A stretch of 64,000 bases of DNA from Chloroflexota bacterium (GCA_030607875.1 JAUWJD010000004.1:68605-132604); one strand, 5' to 3'; shown: positions 38,775-47,942, counted from the stretch's first letter. The notes: generated by a model from the letters alone, not told the origin. Made by a program: numbers and translations.

Positions 38775-39013
38775 TGCGCATCCATGTCAAGTTGTACGCT
38801 ACCTTGCGCCGATACCAACCGGATTTGCCTCGGGGCGCGGCGTTGCTCCTTGCCGTGCCACCAGGCACGACTGTGAACCAGGTGCTTCAGCAATTGGCAA
38901 TTCCAGACAACGTGCCACTTGTGACTATGGTCAATTCTTCGGTGTGCAGGCTGGATTGTGTCCTGGCGGAGGGTGACACGCTCAACCTGTTTCCACCTGT
39001 GGCGGGTGGATAG
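38774..39013 (+). CDS. ThiS/MoaD-family ubiquitin-like sulfur-carrier protein
   Basis: The 79-aa ORF ends in ...PPVAGG. Its start overlaps the buk stop (TGATG). Confidence 0.7.
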   Translation: MRIHVKLYATLRRYQPDLPRGAALLLAVPPGTTVNQVLQQLAIPDNVPLVTMVNSSVCRLDCVLAEGDTLNLFPPVAGG

Positions 39014-39092
39014 AGACATAAAGCGTAGCCCGTAAAACGTAACCGGTAGTGTTATCTGTGCAATCTGCGTAATGTGTGGATAGGAGGTCTTG

Positions 39093-39944
39093 ATGCAGGA
39101 GATCGGTGAGCGCCTGCGAGCGCTGGCAGTGGAGACGACCGATGCACATGGGGAGCAGTTCTGGGTGATATCCTCGGCGCGAATAAGAGAGGCTGCCGAA
39201 CAAGTGGGCCTGTCGCGGCGCGAAGCGGAGATCGCTGCCCTGCGTGGGCACGTGCTGCCTGGCCGCTACGTGCGCAACCTGGGCACTGTTGGCTGGGAGG
39301 GACAAATCGCCCTGCTGCAGTCCACCGTTGGTATCATCGGGGCCGGCGGCCTGGGCGGCTGGATCATCGAAGGGCTGGCGCGTATGGGCGTCGGGCGGCT
39401 GATCATCATTGATAACGATGTGTTCGAGGAGAACAACCTCAATCGGCAGGCTTTCTGCAGGGAAGGTAACCTGGGGCAGCCCAAGGTGGAGGCAGCGCGG
39501 CAGCGCGTCGCGGAAGTCAATGTTGCGGTGGAAGTGGTGACCCACCAGGTGAGGGTGGACAAGCCGCAGGAGATGGTCGAGCTGCTGCGCGGAGCGGGTG
39601 TACTGGTCGATGCGTTGGATGCCCTGCCAACGCGGCTGGCCCTGCAGCAAGCAGCGCGGGAGCTATCGGTGCCGTTGGTGCATGGCGCCATAGCTGGCTA
39701 TGTCGGGCAGGTGATGACTATCTTTCCTGATGATCCCGGGCTCTTGGGGCTGTATGGCGAGGGGCCTGTTCCCGAGCACGGCATCGAAGTGCAATGGGGC
39801 AATCCGGCAGCTACGCCGATGATGGTTGCAGCCTGGCAGATTCAAGAGGTCATCAAGTTGCTGACTGGCCGTGGGGAGCTGTTGCGCCGTCGCATGTTGT
39901 TCATGGACAGCGAAATCGGAGCAATAGATATCCTGCAGGTTTAG
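39093..39944 (+). CDS. ThiF/MoeB/HesA-family E1-like adenylyltransferase
   Basis: It has a GAGGLGG nucleotide-binding loop followed by DNDVFEENNLNRQ. An AGGAGG RBS lies 5 nt upstream. Confidence 0.8.
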   Translation: MQEIGERLRALAVETTDAHGEQFWVISSARIREAAEQVGLSRREAEIAALRGHVLPGRYVRNLGTVGWEGQIALLQSTVGIIGAGGLGGWIIEGLARMGVGRLIIIDNDVFEENNLNRQAFCREGNLGQPKVEAARQRVAEVNVAVEVVTHQVRVDKPQEMVELLRGAGVLVDALDALPTRLALQQAARELSVPLVHGAIAGYVGQVMTIFPDDPGLLGLYGEGPVPEHGIEVQWGNPAATPMMVAAWQIQEVIKLLTGRGELLRRRMLFMDSEIGAIDILQV

Positions 39945-40192
39945 TCGCGTGCATATCATCCCCAGAATGCTGATCCGGTCCGGCAGCACACTGTGACTTT
40001 TCGCATTCACACTGGGCTCGTGCTCAGGACAACTCCAGCAGGGTGCAAGAACGCCCCCTGTTTTCCCTTGTTTCCCTTTCCAGATGAAGAAACTGTCATC
40101 ATTCTGAGGGCTCCTTTTCATCCTCTTTTCACCTACTGATGCTATCATGTCCTCAATGGTAAGCATAGCATGTTGTACGTGGAGGACGGTAC

Positions 40193-40903
40193 GTGATTGA
40201 GGCCAAAAGCAAGCCCATCCCCTGGTCCAGGATCACCGTTGAGACGGTGTGCAAGACCGGATTGGCCAAGTCAGAGGCGTCGCTTTACCCCTTGGCCAAG
40301 CGGTGCATAGATCTAGTCTGCGCCACCATTTTGTTGGTGCTGTTAGCGCCGTTTATGGCCCTGATTGCGCTGGCCATCCGCTTGGACTCCCCCGGCCCCG
40401 CCGTCTTCCGACAAATGAGGGTCGGCAGGTGGTGCAAAGAGTTCACCATGTTCAAGTTCCGCTCTATGTATGCCGGCGCAGATGAAAAAGTGCACCGCAA
40501 GTTCGCCACGGACTATATCAACGGGAACGGAACTCATCCTAGTCATGTCGTATACAAGCCCAATGGAGATAAGCGCATCACTCGAGTGGGAAAGTGGTTG
40601 CGCCGGACCAGCCTCGATGAATTGCCACAGCTACTCAACGTGCTGAAGGGTGAGATGAGCCTGGTTGGCCCACGACCATCGGTGGACTATGAAGTGGAGC
40701 AGTATTCCAAGTGGCATTTGCAGCGCCTGGCCGTACTGCCTGGTTTGACCGGCCTGGCCCAGATCAGTGGTCGCAGTGGGCTGACCTTTGAGAAGATCGT
40801 GCGCCTGGATCTCAAGTACGTTGAAAGGCGCTCCGTAGCTCTTGATCTGGCAATCCTGTTGCGAACGATTCCTGTCGTGCTCAAAGCCAAGTGTGTGGCG
40901 TAA
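40193..40903 (+). CDS. Polyprenyl-phosphate sugar phosphotransferase (bacterial sugar transferase family)
   Basis: It has [26 protein letters not shown] and [12 protein letters not shown] motifs. Confidence 0.85.
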   Translation: MIEAKSKPIPWSRITVETVCKTGLAKSEASLYPLAKRCIDLVCATILLVLLAPFMALIALAIRLDSPGPAVFRQMRVGRWCKEFTMFKFRSMYAGADEKVHRKFATDYINGNGTHPSHVVYKPNGDKRITRVGKWLRRTSLDELPQLLNVLKGEMSLVGPRPSVDYEVEQYSKWHLQRLAVLPGLTGLAQISGRSGLTFEKIVRLDLKYVERRSVALDLAILLRTIPVVLKAKCVA

Positions 40904-40923
40904 GGTAAGACTCGCTATCGAGG

Positions 40924-40953
40924 AGCCCAGGCAGTTTGCCTGGGCTTTTTTTC
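40924..40953 (+). terminator. Rho-independent terminator
   Basis: The stem agcccaggca / tgcctgggct has a 3-nt loop and is followed by a T7 run. Confidence 0.7.
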
Positions 40954-41150
40954 TTCTCCAGAGTCAAGGATTGAAATCTCCGTCTGAAACTGAAAGGCCG
41001 TCAGGTCCGGTCGGGCGCTGCCTGACGGGGTGCCCGCAGGCACTGAATTCAGGTGGTGTTTGCAGTCCCTGCGGGGGCTTGGATGCTGGTCCGCTGGCTT
41101 GGATCTGATATTCGCCTCAAGCTGACCTGCACCCTCCAAGAGCTGCTGAC

Positions 41151-41178
41151 TTGACAAACGACGGGGATACGGCATAAT
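41151..41178 (+). promoter_or_regulatory. Candidate sigma-70-type promoter for the polyphosphate-cluster phosphoesterase gene
   Basis: TTGACA, a 16-nt spacer, then CATAAT, about 70 nt upstream of the GTG start. Confidence 0.4.
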
Positions 41179-41249
41179 TGCGAAGGCAATCTCCCTCCGT
41201 TTCTCAAAGATGCTCGATGCTCGATTCTCTGTTTTCACCGGGGTAGCTT

Positions 41250-42635
41250 GTGAGAATAGCTTTGCTCGGAGATATTCACGCCAACCTGCCAGCCCTCGAA
41301 GCTGTGCTGGTGCACACACGCCAGCATCGGGTCGAGGCAATCTGGAGCGTTGGGGATTTGGTCGGTTATGGTGCCTTTCCTGAGCAAGTGGTGGAACGGC
41401 TTCAACAGGAGAATGCGCTGGGCATCATCGGCAACTATGATCTGAAGGTATTGCAGGTACCGGAGCAGGAACAGAAGTGGCGGAGAAGCAAAGTGCCGCA
41501 GAAATGGCTTGCCTTCAGGTGGGCATACGATCACCTCTCCGCGGAGAGCTTGGAGTTTCTCCGTTCCCTGCCTCTAGAGATACGGCTGGAGGTTGAGGGC
41601 AGGCGGATCCTGCTGACACACGGCAGCCCCGCTTCGAACGAGGAGCCTCTGACTCCCGACACGCCGTTGGAGCGCCTGCGCGAGCTAGCACAGATGGCAG
41701 ATGCCGACGTGATCATCTTCGGTCATTCGCACGTGCCCTTTGTGCGTAGGGTTGATGGTGTCCGCTTCGTCAACACCGGGAGTGTGGGGCGGCCCGATGA
41801 TGGCGATCCATGTGCTTGCTATGCGATTCTGTACGTCCGGCCAACACGTTTTCAGGTGCGGCACTACCGGGTGGAGTACGATGTGCAGAGAGCAGTTGCG
41901 GCGATCCGTGACCATGATCTGCCGGAAGAGTTCGCACAGATGGTCCTGCAAGGTCGCAACCTGGACGCGGTATCGCGGGCTTCGGAGCTCCAAACACCTG
42001 CTGATCCACCCATCGCTGAAGCGAAAGAGGAGGAAGCCACTGCCCTTCAGGCAGTGTTGAAGCTAGCCCAAAGCTGCGAGTACGAGGTGCAACACACCCA
42101 TCAGGTTACGCGGTTGGCGCTGCGCTTGTTTGATGAACTGCGTGCTGTGCATGGACTGGGCCCACGGGAGCGTCGATGGCTCCAGTACGCGGCTCTCTTG
42201 CATGACATCGGCTTGATTGAAGGGCCGAAAGGGCATCACAAGGCTTCTCTGCGCATCATCCTTGACTCGCCTCTTTTGCCGTTCGGCAAGACAGAACGGC
42301 TGATCATTGGCTCCATTGCTCGGTACCACCGCGCGGCCCTGCCAAGGAAGAGGCATCGCCACTTTGCCAGGCTGAAGCCAGCAACCAGGCGCGTGGTGTG
42401 CATTCTGACCGCAATCCTGCGCGTCGCGGATGGTTTGGATTATACGCACCAGAGTCTGGTGGAGGACCTGGTGTGTGATGTTGCGCCCACGAAGATCGTG
42501 GTGCGGTGTACCGCGCGCCAACTACCGACGGAGCGGGGCGAACGGTTAGCGGTAATAGAGCGTCAGAGAGCACTGGACAAGGGCCAGTTGCTAGAACTGG
42601 TCTTGGAGCGGAAGTTGGTCATCGAGTGCCGGTGA
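41250..42635 (+). CDS. Metallophosphoesterase (YfcE/MJ0936-like) fused to an HD domain resembling the Ppx/GppA C-terminal domain
   Basis: The N-terminus has LLGDIHAN and GHSH motifs. The C-terminal half has LLHDIG and YHR motifs. Confidence 0.75.
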   Translation: MRIALLGDIHANLPALEAVLVHTRQHRVEAIWSVGDLVGYGAFPEQVVERLQQENALGIIGNYDLKVLQVPEQEQKWRRSKVPQKWLAFRWAYDHLSAESLEFLRSLPLEIRLEVEGRRILLTHGSPASNEEPLTPDTPLERLRELAQMADADVIIFGHSHVPFVRRVDGVRFVNTGSVGRPDDGDPCACYAILYVRPTRFQVRHYRVEYDVQRAVAAIRDHDLPEEFAQMVLQGRNLDAVSRASELQTPADPPIAEAKEEEATALQAVLKLAQSCEYEVQHTHQVTRLALRLFDELRAVHGLGPRERRWLQYAALLHDIGLIEGPKGHHKASLRIILDSPLLPFGKTERLIIGSIARYHRAALPRKRHRHFARLKPATRRVVCILTAILRVADGLDYTHQSLVEDLVCDVAPTKIVVRCTARQLPTERGERLAVIERQRALDKGQLLELVLERKLVIECR

Positions 42636-42695
42636 CGCCGTGTTTTGATGGCTGGCAACATCGCCAGCCTCAGCCCAGAAGCGGGAGCGCCGGAT

Positions 42696-43538
42696 TTACT
42701 TCTTCTTCCCCTTCTTCTTCTTGTTCTGCTTCTTGTCCTTCTGCTTTTTTTGTTTGCGTTTCTTGCCTTTAGCCACAGCACTCCCTTCTGGTTTGGAACC
42801 TGGCACCTTGGCCTCTGGTGGCTGGTGTTTCAGTTCCTTGCTCAGCACTTGGACCAAGGTACGCAGGGTCTTGATCCGAGCGTACCATTTGTCGTTGCCC
42901 TCGACGATTGTCCACGGTGCAGTCAGGGTGCTCGTTTTCAGCAACATCTCCTCCACCGCTGCCTCGTAGTCGCTCCATTTCTGGCGATTGCGCCAATCCT
43001 CGTCCGTCAGCTTCCACGATTTGTAGGCTGTGTCCTGGCGTTGCTCAAAACGACGCAACTGCTCCTCTGAGCTGATGTGGATCCAGAACTTGACGATGAT
43101 GATGCCATAGTCCGCCAATTGGCGTTCAAATTCGTTGATCTCGCGGTAGGCCCGTTTCCATTCTTGTTCAGTGCAGAATCCCTCTATGCGTTCTACTATC
43201 ACCCGGCCGTACCAACTGCGGTCAAATATGAGGATCTGCTTCTCGTCAGGGGGCAGGAGTCTTCGCCAGAAGCGCCACAGATAGTGGTGGGTGCGATCTT
43301 CGCCTGCCGGCGCTGCGATGGGGAAAACCTCGTAGCCACGAGGGTCCAACCTTTCGGTGACGCGCTTGATGTTGCCCCCTTTGCCCGCGGCATCCCACCC
43401 TTCGTACACCATCGCCAGCGAACGCTTTTGCACGTAGAGCTGGTCAGCCAGGTCTCGTAGCTGCACCTGGTAGCGGATCAGACTGCGCACGTATTCCTCG
43501 CGGGGCAGGCTCTTGCTCAGGTCTATCGTCTCCAACAT
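42696..43538 (-). CDS. ppk2: Polyphosphate kinase 2 with a Lys-rich C-terminal tail
   Basis: It has a YEGWDAAGKGG P-loop and FDRSWYGR. I chose the start at MLETIDL with a GGAGGAG RBS. The tail is KGKKRKQKKQKDKKQNKKKKGKKK. Confidence 0.85.
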   Translation of the reverse strand: MLETIDLSKSLPREEYVRSLIRYQVQLRDLADQLYVQKRSLAMVYEGWDAAGKGGNIKRVTERLDPRGYEVFPIAAPAGEDRTHHYLWRFWRRLLPPDEKQILIFDRSWYGRVIVERIEGFCTEQEWKRAYREINEFERQLADYGIIIVKFWIHISSEEQLRRFEQRQDTAYKSWKLTDEDWRNRQKWSDYEAAVEEMLLKTSTLTAPWTIVEGNDKWYARIKTLRTLVQVLSKELKHQPPEAKVPGSKPEGSAVAKGKKRKQKKQKDKKQNKKKKGKKK

Positions 43539-43774
43539 GGTTGCTCCTCCTGGATGGGTCTGGTAGTCCGCCGCAGAGTACTGCGTGAACAGTTCGTGCT
43601 CTGCATGCCCTGGCGGTGCATGTGCTCTGCATGCCTCGTGGGCACCTGCGGGCGACGGGCGACCTCCGAAGGTCTTGGCGAAGACAAGGCCGGAGGCGAC
43701 AGCCGAAGGGTCCCGCACCGACGGGATGGCTCGACGGGATCGCTAAAGACAAACGGGCTTTTTTTACCATGCTA

Positions 43775-43813
43775 CGGTGAGATACGTTCAGCCATCTGTG
43801 CACGAAGCAGTAG
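43775..43813 (+). repeat. Partial copy of the dispersed 5'-module motif (…gttcagccatctgTGCACGAAGCAGTAg)
   Basis: It matches the pyk- and CHAD-proximal copies. No gene follows it in this orientation. Confidence 0.45.
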
Positions 43814-43869
43814 TCTCTGGGCCGAGCACTCATACAACAGCTCGCCATGCCGACCATTGAACTAGCCGA

Positions 43870-44670
43870 CTACTCGACTCCTGGTGTCTCAATCGCGAGC
43901 TGGTTGTCCACTCCCTCATCGTCCGCCGAGGCGTCAGGCTCTGGCGGCAGCGGCAGACCTCGCTTCTGCAGAGCGTCCTCCAACCGCTGGGTGATCGTCT
44001 CAAAGATCTTGACCCGTGTCCAGTAGCGGTCGGTTGCTTCCACAACTGTCCACGGGCCCCATTCGGTGTAGGTACGTTCCAGCATCTCCTCAATGACTAT
44101 CCGCCACTGATCGTAGTTGCGGTTGTGTTCCCAGTCTTCTGGCTCGACGTGCCAGCTTTCCAAGGGATCCTTTTCCAACTGTCTGAGTCGGTGGGCTTGC
44201 TCCTTCTTGCTGATGTGCAGGAAGAACTTGATCACTACATAGCCATCATCGGCGATGGTGCGCTCAAAGTCTACCATGTCTCGATAGGCTTCGCGCCACT
44301 TTTCCTCGGGTATCAATCCCTCTACGCGCTCGACCAATACCCGCCCGTACCAGCTCCGGTCAAAGATAGCCATTTGACCGTAATTGGGCAGTTTGAGCCA
44401 GAAGCGCCACAGCCAGGGCATGTGCGTTTCGTATGTGCGCGGCGCGCGGATGGCATAGAGCCTGCGCCCACGTGGGTCGAGCCTCTGGGTGAGTACGTTG
44501 ATGGAGGATCCCTTGCCTGCGGCGTCCCAGCCTTCGAAGAGAATCACACTGGGAATGTTGGCATCCCAACAGGCCTTTTGCAGATCGTACAGACGGTTGC
44601 GCAGGTAGGGCATCCGAGCTTTGTATGCTTTCCTGCTCAGCCGCTTTGACAAGTCCACTTTTTCCAACAT
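43870..44670 (-). CDS. ppk2: Polyphosphate kinase 2 (second copy)
   Basis: It has an FEGWDAAGKGS P-loop and FDRSWYGR. The product is 266 aa. Confidence 0.85.
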   Translation of the reverse strand: MLEKVDLSKRLSRKAYKARMPYLRNRLYDLQKACWDANIPSVILFEGWDAAGKGSSINVLTQRLDPRGRRLYAIRAPRTYETHMPWLWRFWLKLPNYGQMAIFDRSWYGRVLVERVEGLIPEEKWREAYRDMVDFERTIADDGYVVIKFFLHISKKEQAHRLRQLEKDPLESWHVEPEDWEHNRNYDQWRIVIEEMLERTYTEWGPWTVVEATDRYWTRVKIFETITQRLEDALQKRGLPLPPEPDASADDEGVDNQLAIETPGVE

Positions 44671-44694
44671 TGTTCGACCCCCTCTACCTAACCG

Positions 44695-46653
44695 TTACCA
44701 TAACATCGCCAATGCCGTCTCCAGCATGTGATGGAATTCAGGGCTCTGAATCTGAGACCAGGCCTGCGGGAAAGTGCCCACCAGTTGCTGGATCTCTGTC
44801 TGTCTGACGGCCATGTAGGTGACCACACCAGGTGCAACGACGGGTTCGCTTGGCCAGGTGTCCCTCTGGTTCTTCTGATGGCCCCAAGTGCCCCAGGTCA
44901 GAAAGTCGCGCAGCAGATTGCAGGCGACAACCGCATCCTGCAGATTGCCCAGATGATCCTGGAGAGCCTTCATGGTGTCAATAAGGGTCTTTGTCTCAGC
45001 TCCCAGCACTTCGCGGAAGAATTCCAGCGCATAGCGCAGTGCTTTGCAGGCTATGCGCAACTGATGAAGACGCTCCAGTGGCACATCTGGTCCGGTCACC
45101 CATTCCTCATAGGCATGCACTGCTGCCAGTCGCTGGTAGATGACGACAGGTACAACATGCCGCAGCCGATGTGGAATGGGTTCTCCTTGGCGCGTGACCG
45201 CCGGCAACGCGCCAGCGTTGGGCTTTTCCAGGAACTCGCCAAATTCCGTCTTGAACCGCAAATAACGGGCGCTGTTTAGGTAGGTCAGCATCTTCTTCCG
45301 TGCTGTGTCGAGTTGTGCTTGCCATACAGTCAACAGTGGATTCAGAGCGTCCTGTTGTCCTGGTGGCAGTGTATCCAGGTAGAGCTGCATCTTTTCCCGG
45401 AATACGTCCAGATCGCGCACAGCACCCAGGGCGCGGCCAGTGCGCCGTAGTCCCTTGACAAAGGGAGCCATCTGTTTGGGGTCCAGGTAGCTGCCGAACA
45501 CGTGCATCGATGCGCGCATGCGTCGCGTCGCTACCCGCATATCGTGCAGTTCTTCGATGTCCTCGCCTTTGCGGGTGCCTGACTCATGGTACAGCATCCG
45601 CTGCAAGTGGAAGTGAAGCGTCTTCCGGGCAGCCTCGGCCATGGAATCGTCTGCCTCCAGGCCGGGTTTGGCACGGAGTTTGATCCGTGGTTCAGCAGGC
45701 CTTTCTGGCAGCTCAGGAAGGACTGCAGCGCCCTCAGCTTCGATCGCTGTGACTGTGTCGGCTTGCACGTGCATTTCGCCGATCTCAGATGGCAGCAGCA
45801 TTGAGGTGGCCTCTGCCTGGATGCGAGCAGGAAAGATGTCCATGCGCTCTTGTCGGAATCTGGCTAGCCAGTATCTTACGCTCCGTTCCGACAGGTGAGC
45901 GCGTTTGCCAGCTTTTTTCTGGATCTGTCCGTCGTCCAGAGCTAGAAGAGCCATGGCCCGTCGGCTGTACCGATCATTTCGTTCTGCGATTTGCTGGAAG
46001 ATGTCACGTTCGTGTGAGGTCAGTAGTCGGTTGGGCGTGGGATGCTGGTCCAAGAAACGCAGTGCTCGCTCAAACTTGGAACGGGGTTCTGGTTGCAATC
46101 GCCACTCGTCTCGCAGGCAGGTCACCATCTTTGCCAGGTCATTCTCGGTGCCTTCCGCCAGCAACTCGACCTCCAGTTCCAATAGGGGATAAGCGCTGGC
46201 GCCGGAACTGAACAACACCTCGTCCAGGCTCAATTCAGCCACCACTTGATCGCCCCGGCTTACTGGACGGACCGTTCGGGTCTGTTCGAGCTCGAATAGC
46301 GGGGTCAGTGGGTCCTCTGCTATCAAATTGAGCACCCGGTCGCGCACAGGACTGGGGGGCCACTGCAGCGGCGGCTGATACACTGGCAACGAGACTTCTA
46401 GCTCTTCCCGCCGGTGGACGGCGCCTTCGGAGCTCTTCAGCTCTTTGAGCGTAATCAAGATTCCGTCACTGTGCTCGCGTCTGCGGCAGGCATAGCCAGC
46501 AGCCAGAATCCGCCGGTCGCATGTATCGAGGTAGGTGTCGCACACCTGTTTGACCTGACCAGTCAGCAGATCAAAATCAGCCAGGTGCTCAACTGCTGCC
46601 AGGCGGTGAAGGGTCTCCAGATCAGGCAAGGCGAACTTGGCTTCAATCTCCAC
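44695..46653 (-). CDS. CYTH-domain / CHAD-domain protein with a central HTH-like insert
   Basis: The N-terminal EIEAKF (ExExK) is a CYTH motif. The C-terminal half is His/Arg-rich and helical, as in CHAD domains. I chose the GTG start after GGAGG. The alternative start is 46692 (MHEAV), inside the repeat motif. Confidence 0.8.
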   Translation of the reverse strand: MEIEAKFALPDLETLHRLAAVEHLADFDLLTGQVKQVCDTYLDTCDRRILAAGYACRRREHSDGILITLKELKSSEGAVHRREELEVSLPVYQPPLQWPPSPVRDRVLNLIAEDPLTPLFELEQTRTVRPVSRGDQVVAELSLDEVLFSSGASAYPLLELEVELLAEGTENDLAKMVTCLRDEWRLQPEPRSKFERALRFLDQHPTPNRLLTSHERDIFQQIAERNDRYSRRAMALLALDDGQIQKKAGKRAHLSERSVRYWLARFRQERMDIFPARIQAEATSMLLPSEIGEMHVQADTVTAIEAEGAAVLPELPERPAEPRIKLRAKPGLEADDSMAEAARKTLHFHLQRMLYHESGTRKGEDIEELHDMRVATRRMRASMHVFGSYLDPKQMAPFVKGLRRTGRALGAVRDLDVFREKMQLYLDTLPPGQQDALNPLLTVWQAQLDTARKKMLTYLNSARYLRFKTEFGEFLEKPNAGALPAVTRQGEPIPHRLRHVVPVVIYQRLAAVHAYEEWVTGPDVPLERLHQLRIACKALRYALEFFREVLGAETKTLIDTMKALQDHLGNLQDAVVACNLLRDFLTWGTWGHQKNQRDTWPSEPVVAPGVVTYMAVRQTEIQQLVGTFPQAWSQIQSPEFHHMLETALAMLW

Positions 46654-46677
46654 GGCGCTGCCTCCGAGCTGAGGAAT

Positions 46678-46732
46678 TACTGCTTCGTGCACCGAAGGTG
46701 GCTAATGCAATACTTTGTAGTCGTATTATACG
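46678..46732 (-). repeat. Copy of the dispersed 5'-module next to the CYTH-CHAD start
   Basis: The plus strand reads ttactgcttcgtgcaccgaaggtggctaatgcaatactttgtagtcgtattatacgc. On the gene-sense strand it contains TATAAT about 32 nt upstream of the motif. Confidence 0.5.
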
Positions 46733-46832
46733 CTATGCTGCCCAGGCTCACAAACAACCTCCTCTGAGGCATACGCGTGTGCCATGGGTGCTTGAAACTC
46801 ACCGGCTGCTGCCTGAGCCGCGCGCGCTGTAT

Positions 46833-46861
46833 TTGGCTATTCAGGAGGATTGTGTTATACT
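46833..46861 (+). promoter_or_regulatory. Candidate promoter of the rpsB-tsf operon
   Basis: TTGGCT, a 17-nt spacer, then TGtTATACT. The ~135-nt leader before rpsB could hold the usual S2 autoregulatory structure, which I did not verify. Confidence 0.45.
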
Positions 46862-46997
46862 TTTTGTTTGGACATGAATCCATCAAACACGTTCTCTGAC
46901 TGAAATGGCGTGCCAGACGCTTGGGCTTTCTGGGCGGCCGGTTCCATTTCGGAGTGAGGAGGGCGGAAGATCAAAACGAAAGGAAGGATGAGTCAAA

Positions 46998-47942
46998 GTG
47001 GCAATCGTACGCATGAAAGAACTTTTAGAGGCAGGGGTGCATTTCGGACACCGCAGTCGCCGCTGGCATCCCAAGATGCGCTCCTACATCTTCACGGAGC
47101 GCAATGGCATTCACATTATCGACCTACAGCAAACGATCCGAATGCTGGACGAGGCCTATAACTTTATTCGCGATACAGCGGCGGAAGGAGGCACGGTCCT
47201 CTTTGTTGGCACCAAGCGGCAGGCGCAGGAGAACATTGAGATTCAAGCCGGAAGATGTGGCATGCCCTATGTTACTCTGCGTTGGCTTGGTGGCACGTTG
47301 ACCAATTTCCGCACCATTCGGCAAAGGTGCAACTACTTGCTCGAGTTGGAAAAGCAGAAAGAACTGGGAGAGTTCTCCAGGCTGCTCAAGAAAGAAGCCC
47401 TTTGGAAGGACCGGGAGCTGATCAAGCTACAGAGAAGGTTTGGCGGCATCAAGAACATGTTCTACCTGCCGGGCGCTCTCTTTGTGGCGGACATATTGCG
47501 TGAGACGAATGCGGTCAAGGAAGCCAATGCTCTGGGCATTCCCGTTGTGGCTATGGTGGATACCAACTGTGATCCGGATCTCATCGACTACATCATACCG
47601 GCCAATGATGACGCTATCCGCGCCATCAAGCTGATCGCGACCAAGATAGCCGATGCAGTCATTGAAGGGCAGCAAATGCGTGGCGTGATCATGGCCGAAG
47701 AGGGCGAAGAAGCGGCGCTGGCCGAGGAGATGCTGGCCGTAGGAATAAAAGCCTCTCCCATTCCTGAGGAGGTGTCGACTCAGGAAAAAGAGCCAACCGA
47801 AGAAGTGGCTCTGGTGGCTGAGGAAGTGGCAGGCGAGGCAGCGGAGGTGCCTGAGAAAGTGGCTGTAGCTGCAGAAACAGACAACCTGCCTGCACAAGAC
47901 GTGGAGTCTCCGGCTACCGAGGAAATCGATAGCGCGGCCTAG
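46998..47942 (+). CDS. rpsB: 30S ribosomal protein S2 with a long acidic C-terminal extension
   Basis: It has [13 protein letters not shown] with a GTG start and a GGAAGGA RBS. The last ~70 aa are Glu/Ala-rich. Confidence 0.95.
   Translation: MAIVRMKELLEAGVHFGHRSRRWHPKMRSYIFTERNGIHIIDLQQTIRMLDEAYNFIRDTAAEGGTVLFVGTKRQAQENIEIQAGRCGMPYVTLRWLGGTLTNFRTIRQRCNYLLELEKQKELGEFSRLLKKEALWKDRELIKLQRRFGGIKNMFYLPGALFVADILRETNAVKEANALGIPVVAMVDTNCDPDLIDYIIPANDDAIRAIKLIATKIADAVIEGQQMRGVIMAEEGEEAALAEEMLAVGIKASPIPEEVSTQEKEPTEEVALVAEEVAGEAAEVPEKVAVAAETDNLPAQDVESPATEEIDSAA

Noticed and set aside
39663-40166. A 167-aa minus-strand ORF spanning the thiF 3' end and the following intergenic region
   Set aside because: Half of it is antisense to thiF. 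The remainder has no RBS or recognisable features. The region is more simply the promoter/leader of the sugar transferase gene.
40968-40990. A CRISPR-repeat-like sequence, ggattgaaatctccgtctgaaac
   Set aside because: It is a single occurrence with no repeat-spacer periodicity or cas genes anywhere in the window.
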